Positions 37,553 to 47,065 of a DNA stretch of 64,000 bases are shown here, piece after piece. Source of the stretch: an uncultured Erysipelotrichaceae bacterium (GTDB taxonomy: Bacteria > Bacillota_I > Bacilli_A > RF39 > UBA660); contig CAOJNP010000002.1 in NCBI GenBank assembly GCA_948439995.1, positions 316 to 64,315 on the forward strand. The letters are read 5' to 3'. The notes beneath the pieces are model-generated. The model was not told the DNA's origin, made no database searches, and saw nothing but the letters and a program-made list of their open reading frames with translations. Each line of letters opens with the position of its first letter. Within the stretch, counting starts at the first letter, position 1. Position numbers and translations under genes: made by a program.

Positions 37553-38569
37553 TTATTTTATTACATCATAGTATTGATTTTGAGAAAAATAGATTCTTAC
37601 TTCGGTGAATTGTTTTTCTATAGAGCTTATTTTTAATTGATGACCTAGTTTATTACAAAGTTGATTTGCAATATAAAGACCCATTCCAGTTGATTGTCCT
37701 CTTACTCGTCCATTTGATCCAGTAAATGTTTTTTGAAAGACTCTTGTTAAATCTTGTTTTGGAATCCCAATACCATTATCTAAAATGATAAGACAAATGT
37801 AATTTTTTTCTTGTTCGATAGAAATGCTAATTTGGGCATGTTTCTTTTTTCGATATTTGATACTATTATTGATAATCTGATTTAATATGAATAAAAGCCA
37901 TTTTGAATCAGTATTTATTTTGACATTAACATTCTTTACTATAAAATCGACTTTATTTTCTAATAAACTATCTTTGTTTTTTAAAGCTACAGCATTTACA
38001 ATTTGTTCTAAATTGTTTTCTCTAATTAAATAATCATTTTCGGCAAATTCTTGTCTTGTATAATATAAGACTTGTTCAATATTATCTTCTAACTTTGTAA
38101 TTTGGTCCTTTATTTTTTTATGAATCTGTTCTTTTTGATTGTGATTCAATAATTCTAATGTTGCTAAAGGAATTTTCATTTCATGAATCCACATTTCTAT
38201 GTACTCTTGAAACTCTTTTGTTTGATGTTCGTATTTTTTTATGTTTTCTATCATAGATTTGTTAATTTCATACAAGGCTTGATCTAGTAATTTTCCTTCT
38301 AGAAAATTGGGTTTTTGTAATACTTCTAGTACTAAATAGCTTTGATCTAATTCTTTTATTTGAAAGAATAACTGCTGATAAAAATACTTTTTGCGATAAT
38401 AATCATAAGTTAAAGAAAGAAAAAAGAAACTATTTAGTAAAAAGAAAATCGCATAGATTAATTCTTTATAGACATGAAATGCTCTTAGTAGGAATAAGAA
38501 TAAAATATTTAAAATTAAAAATAGAACAAGAAAGAATTGTTTATCTTTTAAAAAAGTTTTCCAATTCAT
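37553..38569 (-). CDS. intramembrane-sensing histidine kinase (BceS-like)
   Basis: Two N-terminal TM helices with almost no extracellular loop. H-box EMWIHEMKIPLA, plus N and G boxes (GIGIP, GMGLYIA). Confidence 0.8.
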   Translation of the reverse strand: MNWKTFLKDKQFFLVLFLILNILFLFLLRAFHVYKELIYAIFFLLNSFFFLSLTYDYYRKKYFYQQLFFQIKELDQSYLVLEVLQKPNFLEGKLLDQALYEINKSMIENIKKYEHQTKEFQEYIEMWIHEMKIPLATLELLNHNQKEQIHKKIKDQITKLEDNIEQVLYYTRQEFAENDYLIRENNLEQIVNAVALKNKDSLLENKVDFIVKNVNVKINTDSKWLLFILNQIINNSIKYRKKKHAQISISIEQEKNYICLIILDNGIGIPKQDLTRVFQKTFTGSNGRVRGQSTGMGLYIANQLCNKLGHQLKISSIEKQFTEVRIYFSQNQYYDVIK

Positions 38570-39240
38570 AAGAGAATGTAACCTAAGCCTTTTCTAGTTT
38601 CGATGGCATTTTCAATTCCTGCTTCTTTTAATTTATTTCTTAATCTACTAATATTTACCGTTAAAGCATTATCATTAATGTATTCATTGCTATTCCAAAG
38701 TGAAGTCATTAATTCATCTCTAGAAATAATTCGATTTTTATTTTCTAATAGATAAGAAAAAATAATCATTTCATTTTTTGTTAGAATTATTTCTTGATCT
38801 TTATTTTCAATTGTTCCTCTTTTTAAATTTATGGTTAAATTATGATATTTTAATTGATCTTGAAATCTCACACTTCTTTTTAAAATGGCTTCAATTCGCA
38901 GTAATAAAATGGTTGGATTATAAGGTTTTACAATATAATCATCGGCTCCATAACTCATGGACAATACTTCATCACTTTCATTGTTTCTGCTAGTAACCAT
39001 AATAATTGGAATATTGCTTTCTTTTCTAATTTCTTGTAATATCATTTCACCATTTTGTCCTGGAAGATTAATATCTAATAAAATTAAATCTGGGAAAAGT
39101 TCTAACACATCATTTTTAATATTTTGAAAATGATTTAAAATAATGGCATGATATCCTGCATTTTTTAACATTTCTTGTAGTTCTATTTGAATGCTTTTTT
39201 CATCTTCTATAATTAATATTGATTTCATTTTTTTCACCAC
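38566..39240 (-). CDS. OmpR-family response regulator (BceR-like)
   Basis: Receiver domain (ILIIEDE...DLILLDINLPG) and a winged-helix C-terminus (LT.NE..IFSYLL...G....R..L). It overlaps the kinase gene by 4 nt. Confidence 0.85.
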   Translation of the reverse strand: MVKKMKSILIIEDEKSIQIELQEMLKNAGYHAIILNHFQNIKNDVLELFPDLILLDINLPGQNGEMILQEIRKESNIPIIMVTSRNNESDEVLSMSYGADDYIVKPYNPTILLLRIEAILKRSVRFQDQLKYHNLTINLKRGTIENKDQEIILTKNEMIIFSYLLENKNRIISRDELMTSLWNSNEYINDNALTVNISRLRNKLKEAGIENAIETRKGLGYILL

Positions 39241-39348
39241 AATTCTTATTTATTATATCATAGTATATTTCAAATACTTTTTTATTATATTATAAACCCT
39301 TGTTTTTGTTTTACATTTAAAAAGATTATCTTTTTTTGATAATCTTCT

Positions 39349-39726
39349 TTAATCGATTTGTTTCATCCATAGATCATGTTTATTACAGTAAGCATAAATT
39401 TTAGCATTTTTCTGATACTGAAATTCTGCTTCTGCTATGCTTCCTGGTTTAAGATCAATAAAGTGTTCTTCTGTTTCTGTTACCATAGCAATCCATTCAA
39501 TGTAATGCTCTTCTTCCATCACATGATCTATTTTAACTTTAATAGTATCTTCTTCTATGAGAATATTTGGAACGTGTTTTTCTTTTGCTGCATCAGTTGT
39601 ATTTGGACTTAATGTTATCATTTTTTCACAACATTTGATTTCACAATTGCTATCATTGTGATCTTTTATTAGTTGTATAGTTGTTCCACATTTTGGACAT
39701 TTTTTAATTTTTAATTTTCTTTCCAT
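39349..39726 (-). CDS. dfx: desulfoferrodoxin (superoxide reductase, 2Fe type)
   Basis: Desulforedoxin-like CPKCG...CEIKCC and the SOR centre II motifs EKHVPNI, HYIEWI and CNKHDLW. Confidence 0.8.
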   Translation of the reverse strand: MERKLKIKKCPKCGTTIQLIKDHNDSNCEIKCCEKMITLSPNTTDAAKEKHVPNILIEEDTIKVKIDHVMEEEHYIEWIAMVTETEEHFIDLKPGSIAEAEFQYQKNAKIYAYCNKHDLWMKQID

Positions 39727-42248
39727 TCGTTTTTATCCTTTCCTTGTAAATTAGCTAATTTTTCCTGTTCTTCTAATAATTTTTTCTTTTCTTCTTCGAC
39801 TAGGTGAGTCGGAGCTTTTTTAACATAATTTTCGTTTGATAGTAATTTTTTTCTTCGTTCGATACTGGATTTTAATGCGTTTAATTGTTTTTCTTTTAGT
39901 ATTTGATCTTCTTTGGTTTGTTCTTTTTCATAATAAATGGTTGCTTTTAATTCTTTATAGACAACAGCATAATTAGTGATCTCTTTTTTAATTGCTATTT
40001 TGTCTTCAATTTTTAATAGTTTTAAAGCAATATCTGGAAGATGTGTTTCAATTGATACGAAAAACTCTTTTCCCATGTTATTTTCTTGTTTTATATTACG
40101 GAATATTCTTATAAATTCTAGCATATCTGTAATCTTTTCTTCTTCTGTTTTAAATATAAGTTTTTTCTCATATTCTGGATAATCACTTGTTGTAATTTCT
40201 TCTTGTTTGATTTCATGATAGATCTCATCCGTTACATAAGGCATAAAAGGATGTAACATTTTTAGAATACCAATTAAAACAAATAAAAGTGTATTTTTAG
40301 TATGTTCTTCCTCTATACTAAATTTTGCCATTTCAATATAGGAATCGCAAAAATCATCCCAGATGAAATGATACAATAATGTTCCAACGTTTTGAAATTC
40401 GTAACGATCCATAAATTTACAAACGTTTTTAATAGTATTTTCATAGTGAGTTAAAATCCATTTGTCGGAATCGTTTAGATGTTCTAATTTGATTTCTGTA
40501 TCAATTTTTCTGTTCATTAAAACAAAACGAGATGCATTCCAAATTTTATTGATAAAGTTCCAAGTAGATTTTACTTTTTCTTCTTCGTAACGAAGATCTG
40601 TTCCCAATGCTGTAGATGTTGCAAGATAATATCTTAAAGCATCGGCTCCATAGGTATCAATTACATCCATTGGATCAACACCATTTCCTAAGGATTTACT
40701 CATTTTTCTTCCTTTTGAATCGCGTATTAATCCATGAATCATACAATATTCAAATGGTCTTTGATTTGTAAAGTGTAGTCCTTGAAATGTCATTCGATTA
40801 ACCCAAAATGGAATAATATCATAACCTGTTACTAAAACATTGGTTGGATAATATCGTTTTAAATCTTCTGTTAATTCCGGCCAGCCTAGGGTACTAAAAG
40901 GCCATAAGGCGCTACTAAACCATGTATCTAAAACGTCTTCATCTTGAACCCATCCCTCCTCTAAAGGAGCATCCATTCCAACATAGATTTCATCACCTTT
41001 ATACCATGCAGGGATTCTATGTCCCCACCAAAGTTGTCTAGAAATGCACCAATCATATGTAATTTCCATCCAATGATTCATTATTTTTTCATATCGACTT
41101 GGTAAGAAATTGACTTTTGTTTCTTTGTTTTTTTGATTTTCTAATACAGCATTTGCTAGTGGTCGCATTTTTACAAACCACTGTTTGGATAAGTAAGGTT
41201 CTACTAATACATCAGTTCGTTCTGAGTGTCCTACACTATGCATTATATTTTCAATTTTAATTAATAAGTTTTGCTTTTTTAAATCTTGAATGACTTGTTT
41301 ACGGCATTCAAAGCGATCTAACCCTTCATAAATTCCAGCATTTTCGTTCATGGTACCATTTGGATGCATGACGATTATTCTTGAAAGGTTATGACGCATT
41401 CCGACTTCATAATCATTTGGATCATGTGCAGGGGTTATTTTTACGACACCAGTTCCAAATTCTGGATCAGCATGAATGTCTCCTACGATAGGAATTTCTT
41501 TGTTAACGAGTGGAAGAATTACTGATTGACCAATGTATTTTTGATAACGTTCATCTTTTGGATTGACTGCAACGGCTGTATCTCCAAAAAGGGTTTCTGG
41601 TCTTGTAGTTGCAACTTCTAAATATTCATTCTTGTTTTTGATAAAGTATTTAATATGATATAATGCTCCTTCTATATCTTTATAAATTACTTCCTCGTTT
41701 GATAAAGCAGTCATAGCTAGTGGATCCCAATTAATGATTCGTTCTCCACGATAAATTAATCCTTCATGATATAAATCTACAAAAACTTTTCTTACCGCAT
41801 TTGATAATCCTTCATCAAGAGTAAATCTTTCTTTGTTGTAATCAAGTGAAAGTCCTAATTTTCCCCATTGATTATAAATAGTATTTGCATACTCTTCTTT
41901 CCATTCCCATGCTTTTTTTAACCATTCTTCTCGTTTTAAACTACGAGGATTGATGCCCTCTTCTTTTAATTTTTTATCTACTTTTGCTTGTGTTGCAATT
42001 CCTGCATGATCCATACCAGGTAACCATAATGCGTCAAATCCACTCATTCTTTTATAGCGAATAATAATATCCTGTAAGGCAGTATCCCATGCATGCCCTA
42101 AGTGTAGACGGCCTGTTACGTTAGGAGGTGGTATGACAATCGTAAAAGGAATTTTTGTTTGATCTCCACTTTGAAATAAGCCTTTCTTTTTCCAAGTTTC
42201 ATATTTTTCTTGTTCGACATTTCTATGATTGTATTTTTTTTCTAGCAT
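39711..42248 (-). CDS. valS: valine--tRNA ligase
   Basis: HIGH motif (RLHLGHAW), KMSKS, and a C-terminal coiled coil. The ORF track's 23-codon N-terminal extension (to 42317) is the T-box leader. The real start is MLEKKYNHRN. Confidence 0.92.
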   Translation of the reverse strand: MLEKKYNHRNVEQEKYETWKKKGLFQSGDQTKIPFTIVIPPPNVTGRLHLGHAWDTALQDIIIRYKRMSGFDALWLPGMDHAGIATQAKVDKKLKEEGINPRSLKREEWLKKAWEWKEEYANTIYNQWGKLGLSLDYNKERFTLDEGLSNAVRKVFVDLYHEGLIYRGERIINWDPLAMTALSNEEVIYKDIEGALYHIKYFIKNKNEYLEVATTRPETLFGDTAVAVNPKDERYQKYIGQSVILPLVNKEIPIVGDIHADPEFGTGVVKITPAHDPNDYEVGMRHNLSRIIVMHPNGTMNENAGIYEGLDRFECRKQVIQDLKKQNLLIKIENIMHSVGHSERTDVLVEPYLSKQWFVKMRPLANAVLENQKNKETKVNFLPSRYEKIMNHWMEITYDWCISRQLWWGHRIPAWYKGDEIYVGMDAPLEEGWVQDEDVLDTWFSSALWPFSTLGWPELTEDLKRYYPTNVLVTGYDIIPFWVNRMTFQGLHFTNQRPFEYCMIHGLIRDSKGRKMSKSLGNGVDPMDVIDTYGADALRYYLATSTALGTDLRYEEEKVKSTWNFINKIWNASRFVLMNRKIDTEIKLEHLNDSDKWILTHYENTIKNVCKFMDRYEFQNVGTLLYHFIWDDFCDSYIEMAKFSIEEEHTKNTLLFVLIGILKMLHPFMPYVTDEIYHEIKQEEITTSDYPEYEKKLIFKTEEEKITDMLEFIRIFRNIKQENNMGKEFFVSIETHLPDIALKLLKIEDKIAIKKEITNYAVVYKELKATIYYEKEQTKEDQILKEKQLNALKSSIERRKKLLSNENYVKKAPTHLVEEEKKKLLEEQEKLANLQGKDKNEWKEN

Positions 42249-42500
42249 AATAAATGGTCCTTTCTTTTTTATAAAAAAAAAGATAATACCCAAAGGACGA
42301 AAGATTCGTGGTACCACCTTTTTTTATACTCTATTTGATAACGCAGAGTACTGCGATTGAAAACTCCCTAGCAACCTTCCAAAAATTTCCTTGTTTGATT
42401 TCACCTAATTCAAACTCTCTTTTTCAATTTCCTTTTTGTACTCCTCTAGTTCTTCGTTTCTTAACTATTATTTTACAATAATTTTATTTTCATTTCAACT
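42249..42500 (-). promoter_or_regulatory. T-box riboswitch leader of valS with sigma-A promoter
   Basis: On the minus strand: promoter TTGAAA-N17-TAAAAT (complement of 42493-42498 and 42470-42475), stem I with AGAGA, and the conserved T-box sequence AGGTGGTACCACG (complement of 42307-42318), followed by a T-run. Confidence 0.7.
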
Positions 42501-42549
42501 TGCTTTTTGCTATTCTTTAAAATAAATTTATTATTTTTAGGATCCAATC

Positions 42550-43524
42550 TTATGAGATTGGAATGGTATTGATGGTTTCATTATTTAAGATAATATCTAA
42601 ATTTCCATCTTTATTCAATTTTGATGTAATGTTATCAGAATTTTTAATATGAATTGGATCAATTAAATGTTTCCGATTATTTAAATCAACGATTGTAAAA
42701 TCATGATAATGATCTAATTGATTTAAATATTTGCCTGTAAAAGATAAACTGGCATAGGAGTCTTCTTCTAACGTATTTAAATTATTATAATTGACTAATT
42801 GATATCCATTGTCTTTTTTTACGATTATATTTTGACCATTGTATGTCACAATTTCGTTTTTAATAGATACTGTAAGAGTAGCACCATTTTGATCAATTAA
42901 ATACCAAGCTCCATCTTTATAAGCAGCCATTAAATCATTCATTATTTTTTCTTCGTCTTCATTTATAAAATTTGCAATTCCAATAAAATCATAATTAAAA
43001 TTTACTACTATTTTAGGATCGTTTTCTAAACTTAATATTCCATATTTTCCATTTTTATCTACAACAATATATAAATCATTTTCAATTCCAATTCCATAAT
43101 TTTTAACTGCATTATAGGTTGTCATAATTCTTTCATTTTTGATATCATAAAAGATAACTTTGGATTCATTTTCGTTTTCCTTGTCTTCTATAAAAGCATA
43201 TCGTTCTTTTATTGGGTTTATCAAAGTGTCTTCTGGTTGATAATAATCTAGTGAATATTTGGAATCTTCCAAAGTATTTTTAGCAAGATTACATTTTTCT
43301 TTTTCATTTTGACAAGAATAGGTTCCCAGTAATTGACTTTCTAGTCCATAAAAATATAATTTACCAGAATGATAAAATTCATGATTTGGATTGCTATCGA
43401 TATTTTGGTTGTTATTGTTTTTTTGTAAATGTAAGAAAAAGGAACAAATGGATAATGGTATAAAAAGAATTAATAATACAATGATAGTAATCAATACCCC
43501 TTTTCTATTCGTTTGTGTTTGCAT
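42550..43524 (-). CDS. WG-like-repeat membrane-anchored protein (hypothetical)
   Basis: RBS GAAGGAG before MQTQTNRKG. One TM helix, then repeats of the G(K/E)(Y/W)xLID...G type (GKYGIL, GAWYLIDQNG). The annotated start overlaps the upstream gene. Confidence 0.5.
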   Translation of the reverse strand: MQTQTNRKGVLITIIVLLILFIPLSICSFFLHLQKNNNNQNIDSNPNHEFYHSGKLYFYGLESQLLGTYSCQNEKEKCNLAKNTLEDSKYSLDYYQPEDTLINPIKERYAFIEDKENENESKVIFYDIKNERIMTTYNAVKNYGIGIENDLYIVVDKNGKYGILSLENDPKIVVNFNYDFIGIANFINEDEEKIMNDLMAAYKDGAWYLIDQNGATLTVSIKNEIVTYNGQNIIVKKDNGYQLVNYNNLNTLEEDSYASLSFTGKYLNQLDHYHDFTIVDLNNRKHLIDPIHIKNSDNITSKLNKDGNLDIILNNETINTIPIS

Positions 43525-45769
43525 TTGCTTCTCCTTCATTTAGATTAATTGTGATTTGAGGATCATAATTATTTCCATTTCCAACTTTTACTTGTGCTTG
43601 TGTTCCAATTATATTTGCAGTGTATGCTAAAATTCCATTCCCATAGTAGTTCGTTTGTTTTAATGAGACTGCTTTACCTAAAGTTTTATTTGGATTCAGA
43701 TAAGAATGGAATGTTAATGTTTTATCTTTTACTATTCCAAAATAATTTTGATATATGGATATATAATCTGCACCAGAACTAGTTAAATTTTTACCAGTAG
43801 TCATTTCATACAAATAGTATTTGGAATTTTTATCCATGACAGTTAAATATCCAGCATCAATATTGAAATTTCTAATTTTGTTTGGTACTGGAAGTGAGAT
43901 CATATTTCCAGAATGATCCATTAGTTGATATCCACTTTCATTATGCACTATATAATATAGTAAAATTCGCTCTATATGATCAAATTCGAATCCTTTTACT
44001 CCTTCTACATTATTCTGATTCATGCGAATGATTCCAACTTTTCCATTTTTGTTTTCTGCAATAATGTGAGTGTTATTTGCATTGATAAAGCTTATTTCAT
44101 TGGTCTTGGTATAAGCTCCTGCATCAATGCTTTTGTATTTTGATTTTGTTGCATTATCTTTAAAATCATATAAGACGATATTGGGATCATTTTCTATGTT
44201 TTTACTATCCATAATAAATGCATATCTTCCATTATAAATAGGTAATATTCCAAGATTCTCATCTTGATTTTTTTCTAAATCATTTTCTTGGTAAAAGGAT
44301 TCTTTGGCAGGAAGACAATTGGATAATGATGTGATGTTATCACCTATGTTATTTTTATTTTCACATTGATAAGTACCAAGTAATTCTTTTTTTTCTTTGT
44401 CTTGATAAAAATATAGTGTTCCACCAAAATAGTTTATATATGCTAAATTACTGCTTAGTTTACCTTCATTAAGATTTATGGATTTTTTTTCAGAATTCAT
44501 TCCTGTTTCGTCATAAATTTCTAGAACAAAAAGACTGCCTTGATATGATATTTCATAGCTTTTTTCGCTTTTGATTAATTTATTTTCTTTGGAATAAATA
44601 TGATTTGGTAAATAGTTTTTGTTTTTTAATAAAATATTTTCTTCACTCATTTTGTTTCCATTGTAATCTTCTATTTTTAAATTGCCATCTTCTATATATA
44701 AAATGTAGTTTTCTAATAAATCAATATATTCAAAAGTTTTGTCTTTTATTTCCGTACCATTATAATCTATTAAATGGTATTTTCCTATATTATCTACTAC
44801 TTTTATTTTTTCGTTTTGATAATCTTTGATTTGATAATCGATTGCTTTGGTGAGTGTTTTGTCTGTTTCATCAATTAAGTACCATTTTTCCCCTCTTTTG
44901 CTTACAAATAAATTATTATTTTCTTTGGAATCAAGAAATCCCAAATAGTCGTAGGTTGAATTAAGGACGTTTTCGATTTTTTCTTCTGTAATATGAATTA
45001 AACTATATTCTCCAGATTGTTGTTCAACAATAAATTTATTTTCCAAAGATGTATAACTTTTTACTTTTTTATAATCTCCAACTTTGTTCTTGTTTTTAAA
45101 ATCATAAAGTTGGATTATGCCTTCTTCTTGTTCTTCATTGTCGTATATCCAGGCATATTGTTCCATTAAGAATTTACTGCGTTTTTTGATTTTGCTCCCA
45201 TCTTCATATTGCATTTTTTCTTCATCAAAATCATCTTCATCGTGATAAAATGCGATGTAACATGTGTCTTGATTTTTATTTTCACATTCATAGTTGCCAA
45301 TTTCATGTCCATTTTTATCTAATAAAATTAGAGTTCCATTTTGATAGCGATAATTTTCACTATCATATATAACATCTGGAACGGTTGTGTTCGTTTCCTT
45401 TTTATTGAAATGAAGAATCAAAAAGACAATACCTGTTATGATTAAAAGGAAGATGAATAAGCTGGTGATAGAAATGATTATTTTTTTCTTTTTGGGTAAA
45501 GAATTCCATTTTTTCTTTAATATGGCAATTTTTTCTTTCCAAGTCTTTTTTTCTTTTCCTTTTAAATCTTTTTGTTGCTCATCTTCTTGATTTTCTAATT
45601 GTAATTCTTCCATTTCTTCAAGTTGTTCTACAATCGCTTCAAACTTTTCTTCACTTTCTTCTAAATTTTCATCTAATTCGTCTAATAATTCTAGTTGTTC
45701 TGTGTCATATAAATTTTCTTTTAATTCATTCAGTTCTTTAATTTCTTTTGTATTTTCTTCTTGATCCAT
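43505..45769 (-). CDS. large WG-like-repeat membrane protein with acidic coiled-coil N-terminus (hypothetical)
   Basis: RBS AGGAG. 754 aa: ~90-aa Glu/Leu-rich cytoplasmic coiled coil, one TM helix, then at least 10 WG-like repeats (GEKWYLIDETDK, GKYHLIDYNGTE, GEYSLIHITEEK, NGKVGIIRMNQN). Confidence 0.5.
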   Translation of the reverse strand: MDQEENTKEIKELNELKENLYDTEQLELLDELDENLEESEEKFEAIVEQLEEMEELQLENQEDEQQKDLKGKEKKTWKEKIAILKKKWNSLPKKKKIIISITSLFIFLLIITGIVFLILHFNKKETNTTVPDVIYDSENYRYQNGTLILLDKNGHEIGNYECENKNQDTCYIAFYHDEDDFDEEKMQYEDGSKIKKRSKFLMEQYAWIYDNEEQEEGIIQLYDFKNKNKVGDYKKVKSYTSLENKFIVEQQSGEYSLIHITEEKIENVLNSTYDYLGFLDSKENNNLFVSKRGEKWYLIDETDKTLTKAIDYQIKDYQNEKIKVVDNIGKYHLIDYNGTEIKDKTFEYIDLLENYILYIEDGNLKIEDYNGNKMSEENILLKNKNYLPNHIYSKENKLIKSEKSYEISYQGSLFVLEIYDETGMNSEKKSINLNEGKLSSNLAYINYFGGTLYFYQDKEKKELLGTYQCENKNNIGDNITSLSNCLPAKESFYQENDLEKNQDENLGILPIYNGRYAFIMDSKNIENDPNIVLYDFKDNATKSKYKSIDAGAYTKTNEISFINANNTHIIAENKNGKVGIIRMNQNNVEGVKGFEFDHIERILLYYIVHNESGYQLMDHSGNMISLPVPNKIRNFNIDAGYLTVMDKNSKYYLYEMTTGKNLTSSGADYISIYQNYFGIVKDKTLTFHSYLNPNKTLGKAVSLKQTNYYGNGILAYTANIIGTQAQVKVGNGNNYDPQITINLNEGEANANTNE

Positions 45770-45915
45770 ACTATCAACTCCTATTGTATTTTATTATATC
45801 ATAAAATCTTTCATGCACAACTAAGAAAAAGTAAACGTAATTTTTTTCTTTGTCGAAATTTTTACCAAATTTATTTTTTCTAAAAAAAACCACACAATAA
45901 ATGTGGTTTCATTTT

Positions 45916-46545
45916 TTATTTTTTTGCTATTTGATCGGAATCTACAATATAATATACATGGTCATAATCTTTCACATGATCGATATTTCCAATTCCATAA
46001 AGAAAAATTTCCATATTTTGATTTTTGAAATATTCAATTAATTCTTCTGTAACAATTGGAGAAAGAAGTCCGATAAATTCATATTCACTGTAATCTTTTT
46101 CGCTATTTAATATATAATTCAAAACACCGTATTTCGCATGATTATCTTGTGCAGCTAAATCTTGAATAATACTATTATCAAAAGAATCAATATATAATTT
46201 TTTATCTTTATATTGTTTGATTAGAAAAAGAAAAGAATCAATATCTAAAAAAGGTTCTTTGATTTCAATCATGATGATTTTATCTGTTTTTAAATTTAAT
46301 ACTTCTTCTAATGTTGTAATGTTGTATTTTTCTTTTAATTCTTTTAATGTGAATGAATTTACTAAATGTCCATCGATAAAAATATCATGATGAATTATAA
46401 ATACACCATCTTTGCTTGTTCTGACATCACATTCAAAACCAGCAAATTTAGGATTATCAATCGCTTTTTGAAATGCTTCTAGAGTGTTTTCTTTTTCTTT
46501 TTTTAAATGATCTCCACGGTGAGCTATAAAATTCAAAAAAATCAC
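45916..46545 (-). CDS. glycerophosphodiester phosphodiesterase (cytoplasmic GDPD)
   Basis: IAHRGDH...ENTLEAF...GFECDVRTSKDGVFIIHHD is the GDPD catalytic signature. Confidence 0.75.
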   Translation of the reverse strand: MIFLNFIAHRGDHLKKEKENTLEAFQKAIDNPKFAGFECDVRTSKDGVFIIHHDIFIDGHLVNSFTLKELKEKYNITTLEEVLNLKTDKIIMIEIKEPFLDIDSFLFLIKQYKDKKLYIDSFDNSIIQDLAAQDNHAKYGVLNYILNSEKDYSEYEFIGLLSPIVTEELIEYFKNQNMEIFLYGIGNIDHVKDYDHVYYIVDSDQIAKK

Positions 46546-46570
46546 CTCATTTATTTTATGCAGATGATTT

Positions 46571-47053
46571 TTAACGGTGCTTGTTTTTTTTATAAAAATT
46601 CCAAATTAGTAATCGAAAGAAAAAGAATATAAGAATAGAACATATGCCAATTGTTATTTCTTTTAAATAAGGGATTTCTTTTTGGGGTTCTAAGGCTTTG
46701 ACATTGGTTAAATCTAAACTGACACTTTGTGTTTTTTCTTTTTCTAAATAAAAAGTATACATTTGTGTTTCTTTTGTTTGTTCATCTATTACTTTAATGG
46801 TAGCAACATTTTCAATTCCTTCTATGTATTCTTGGTTTAATATTTCTACACTTGCATTTTCGTCTTCTAATTCATATATATATTCTAATGTATTTGCTCC
46901 TTCATTTAAATATATGGTATAGATATTATTCTTTTCTTGAAACGGAATACTTAATTTTCCATTTAAAACTTCAAAATTTTTTATGTATGCACTGGAGGCA
47001 TTTACTATACATGGAAATAAAATTAAGAAAAGAAAAAAGACGAATTTTTTCAT
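46571..47053 (-). CDS. hypothetical secreted protein with C-terminal TM anchor
   Basis: Signal peptide MKKFVFFLFLILFPCIVNASSAY and a C-terminal hydrophobic anchor. Confidence 0.4.
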   Translation of the reverse strand: MKKFVFFLFLILFPCIVNASSAYIKNFEVLNGKLSIPFQEKNNIYTIYLNEGANTLEYIYELEDENASVEILNQEYIEGIENVATIKVIDEQTKETQMYTFYLEKEKTQSVSLDLTNVKALEPQKEIPYLKEITIGICSILIFFFFRLLIWNFYKKNKHR

Positions 47054-47065
47054 GTGATCACCCGT

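Noticed and set aside
42249-42317. 23-codon N-terminal extension of the valS ORF (MVPRIFRPLGIIFFFIKKKGPFI)
   Set aside because: It translates the T-box leader (it contains the GGTGGTACCACG element). The real ValS start is the downstream ATG (MLEKKYNHRN).
42290-42320. Classic long terminator hairpin for the valS T-box
   Set aside because: Only a short ACGAA-tct-TTCGT stem followed by a T-run could be traced by eye. The exact terminator/antiterminator boundaries are left unassigned pending a covariance-model alignment.
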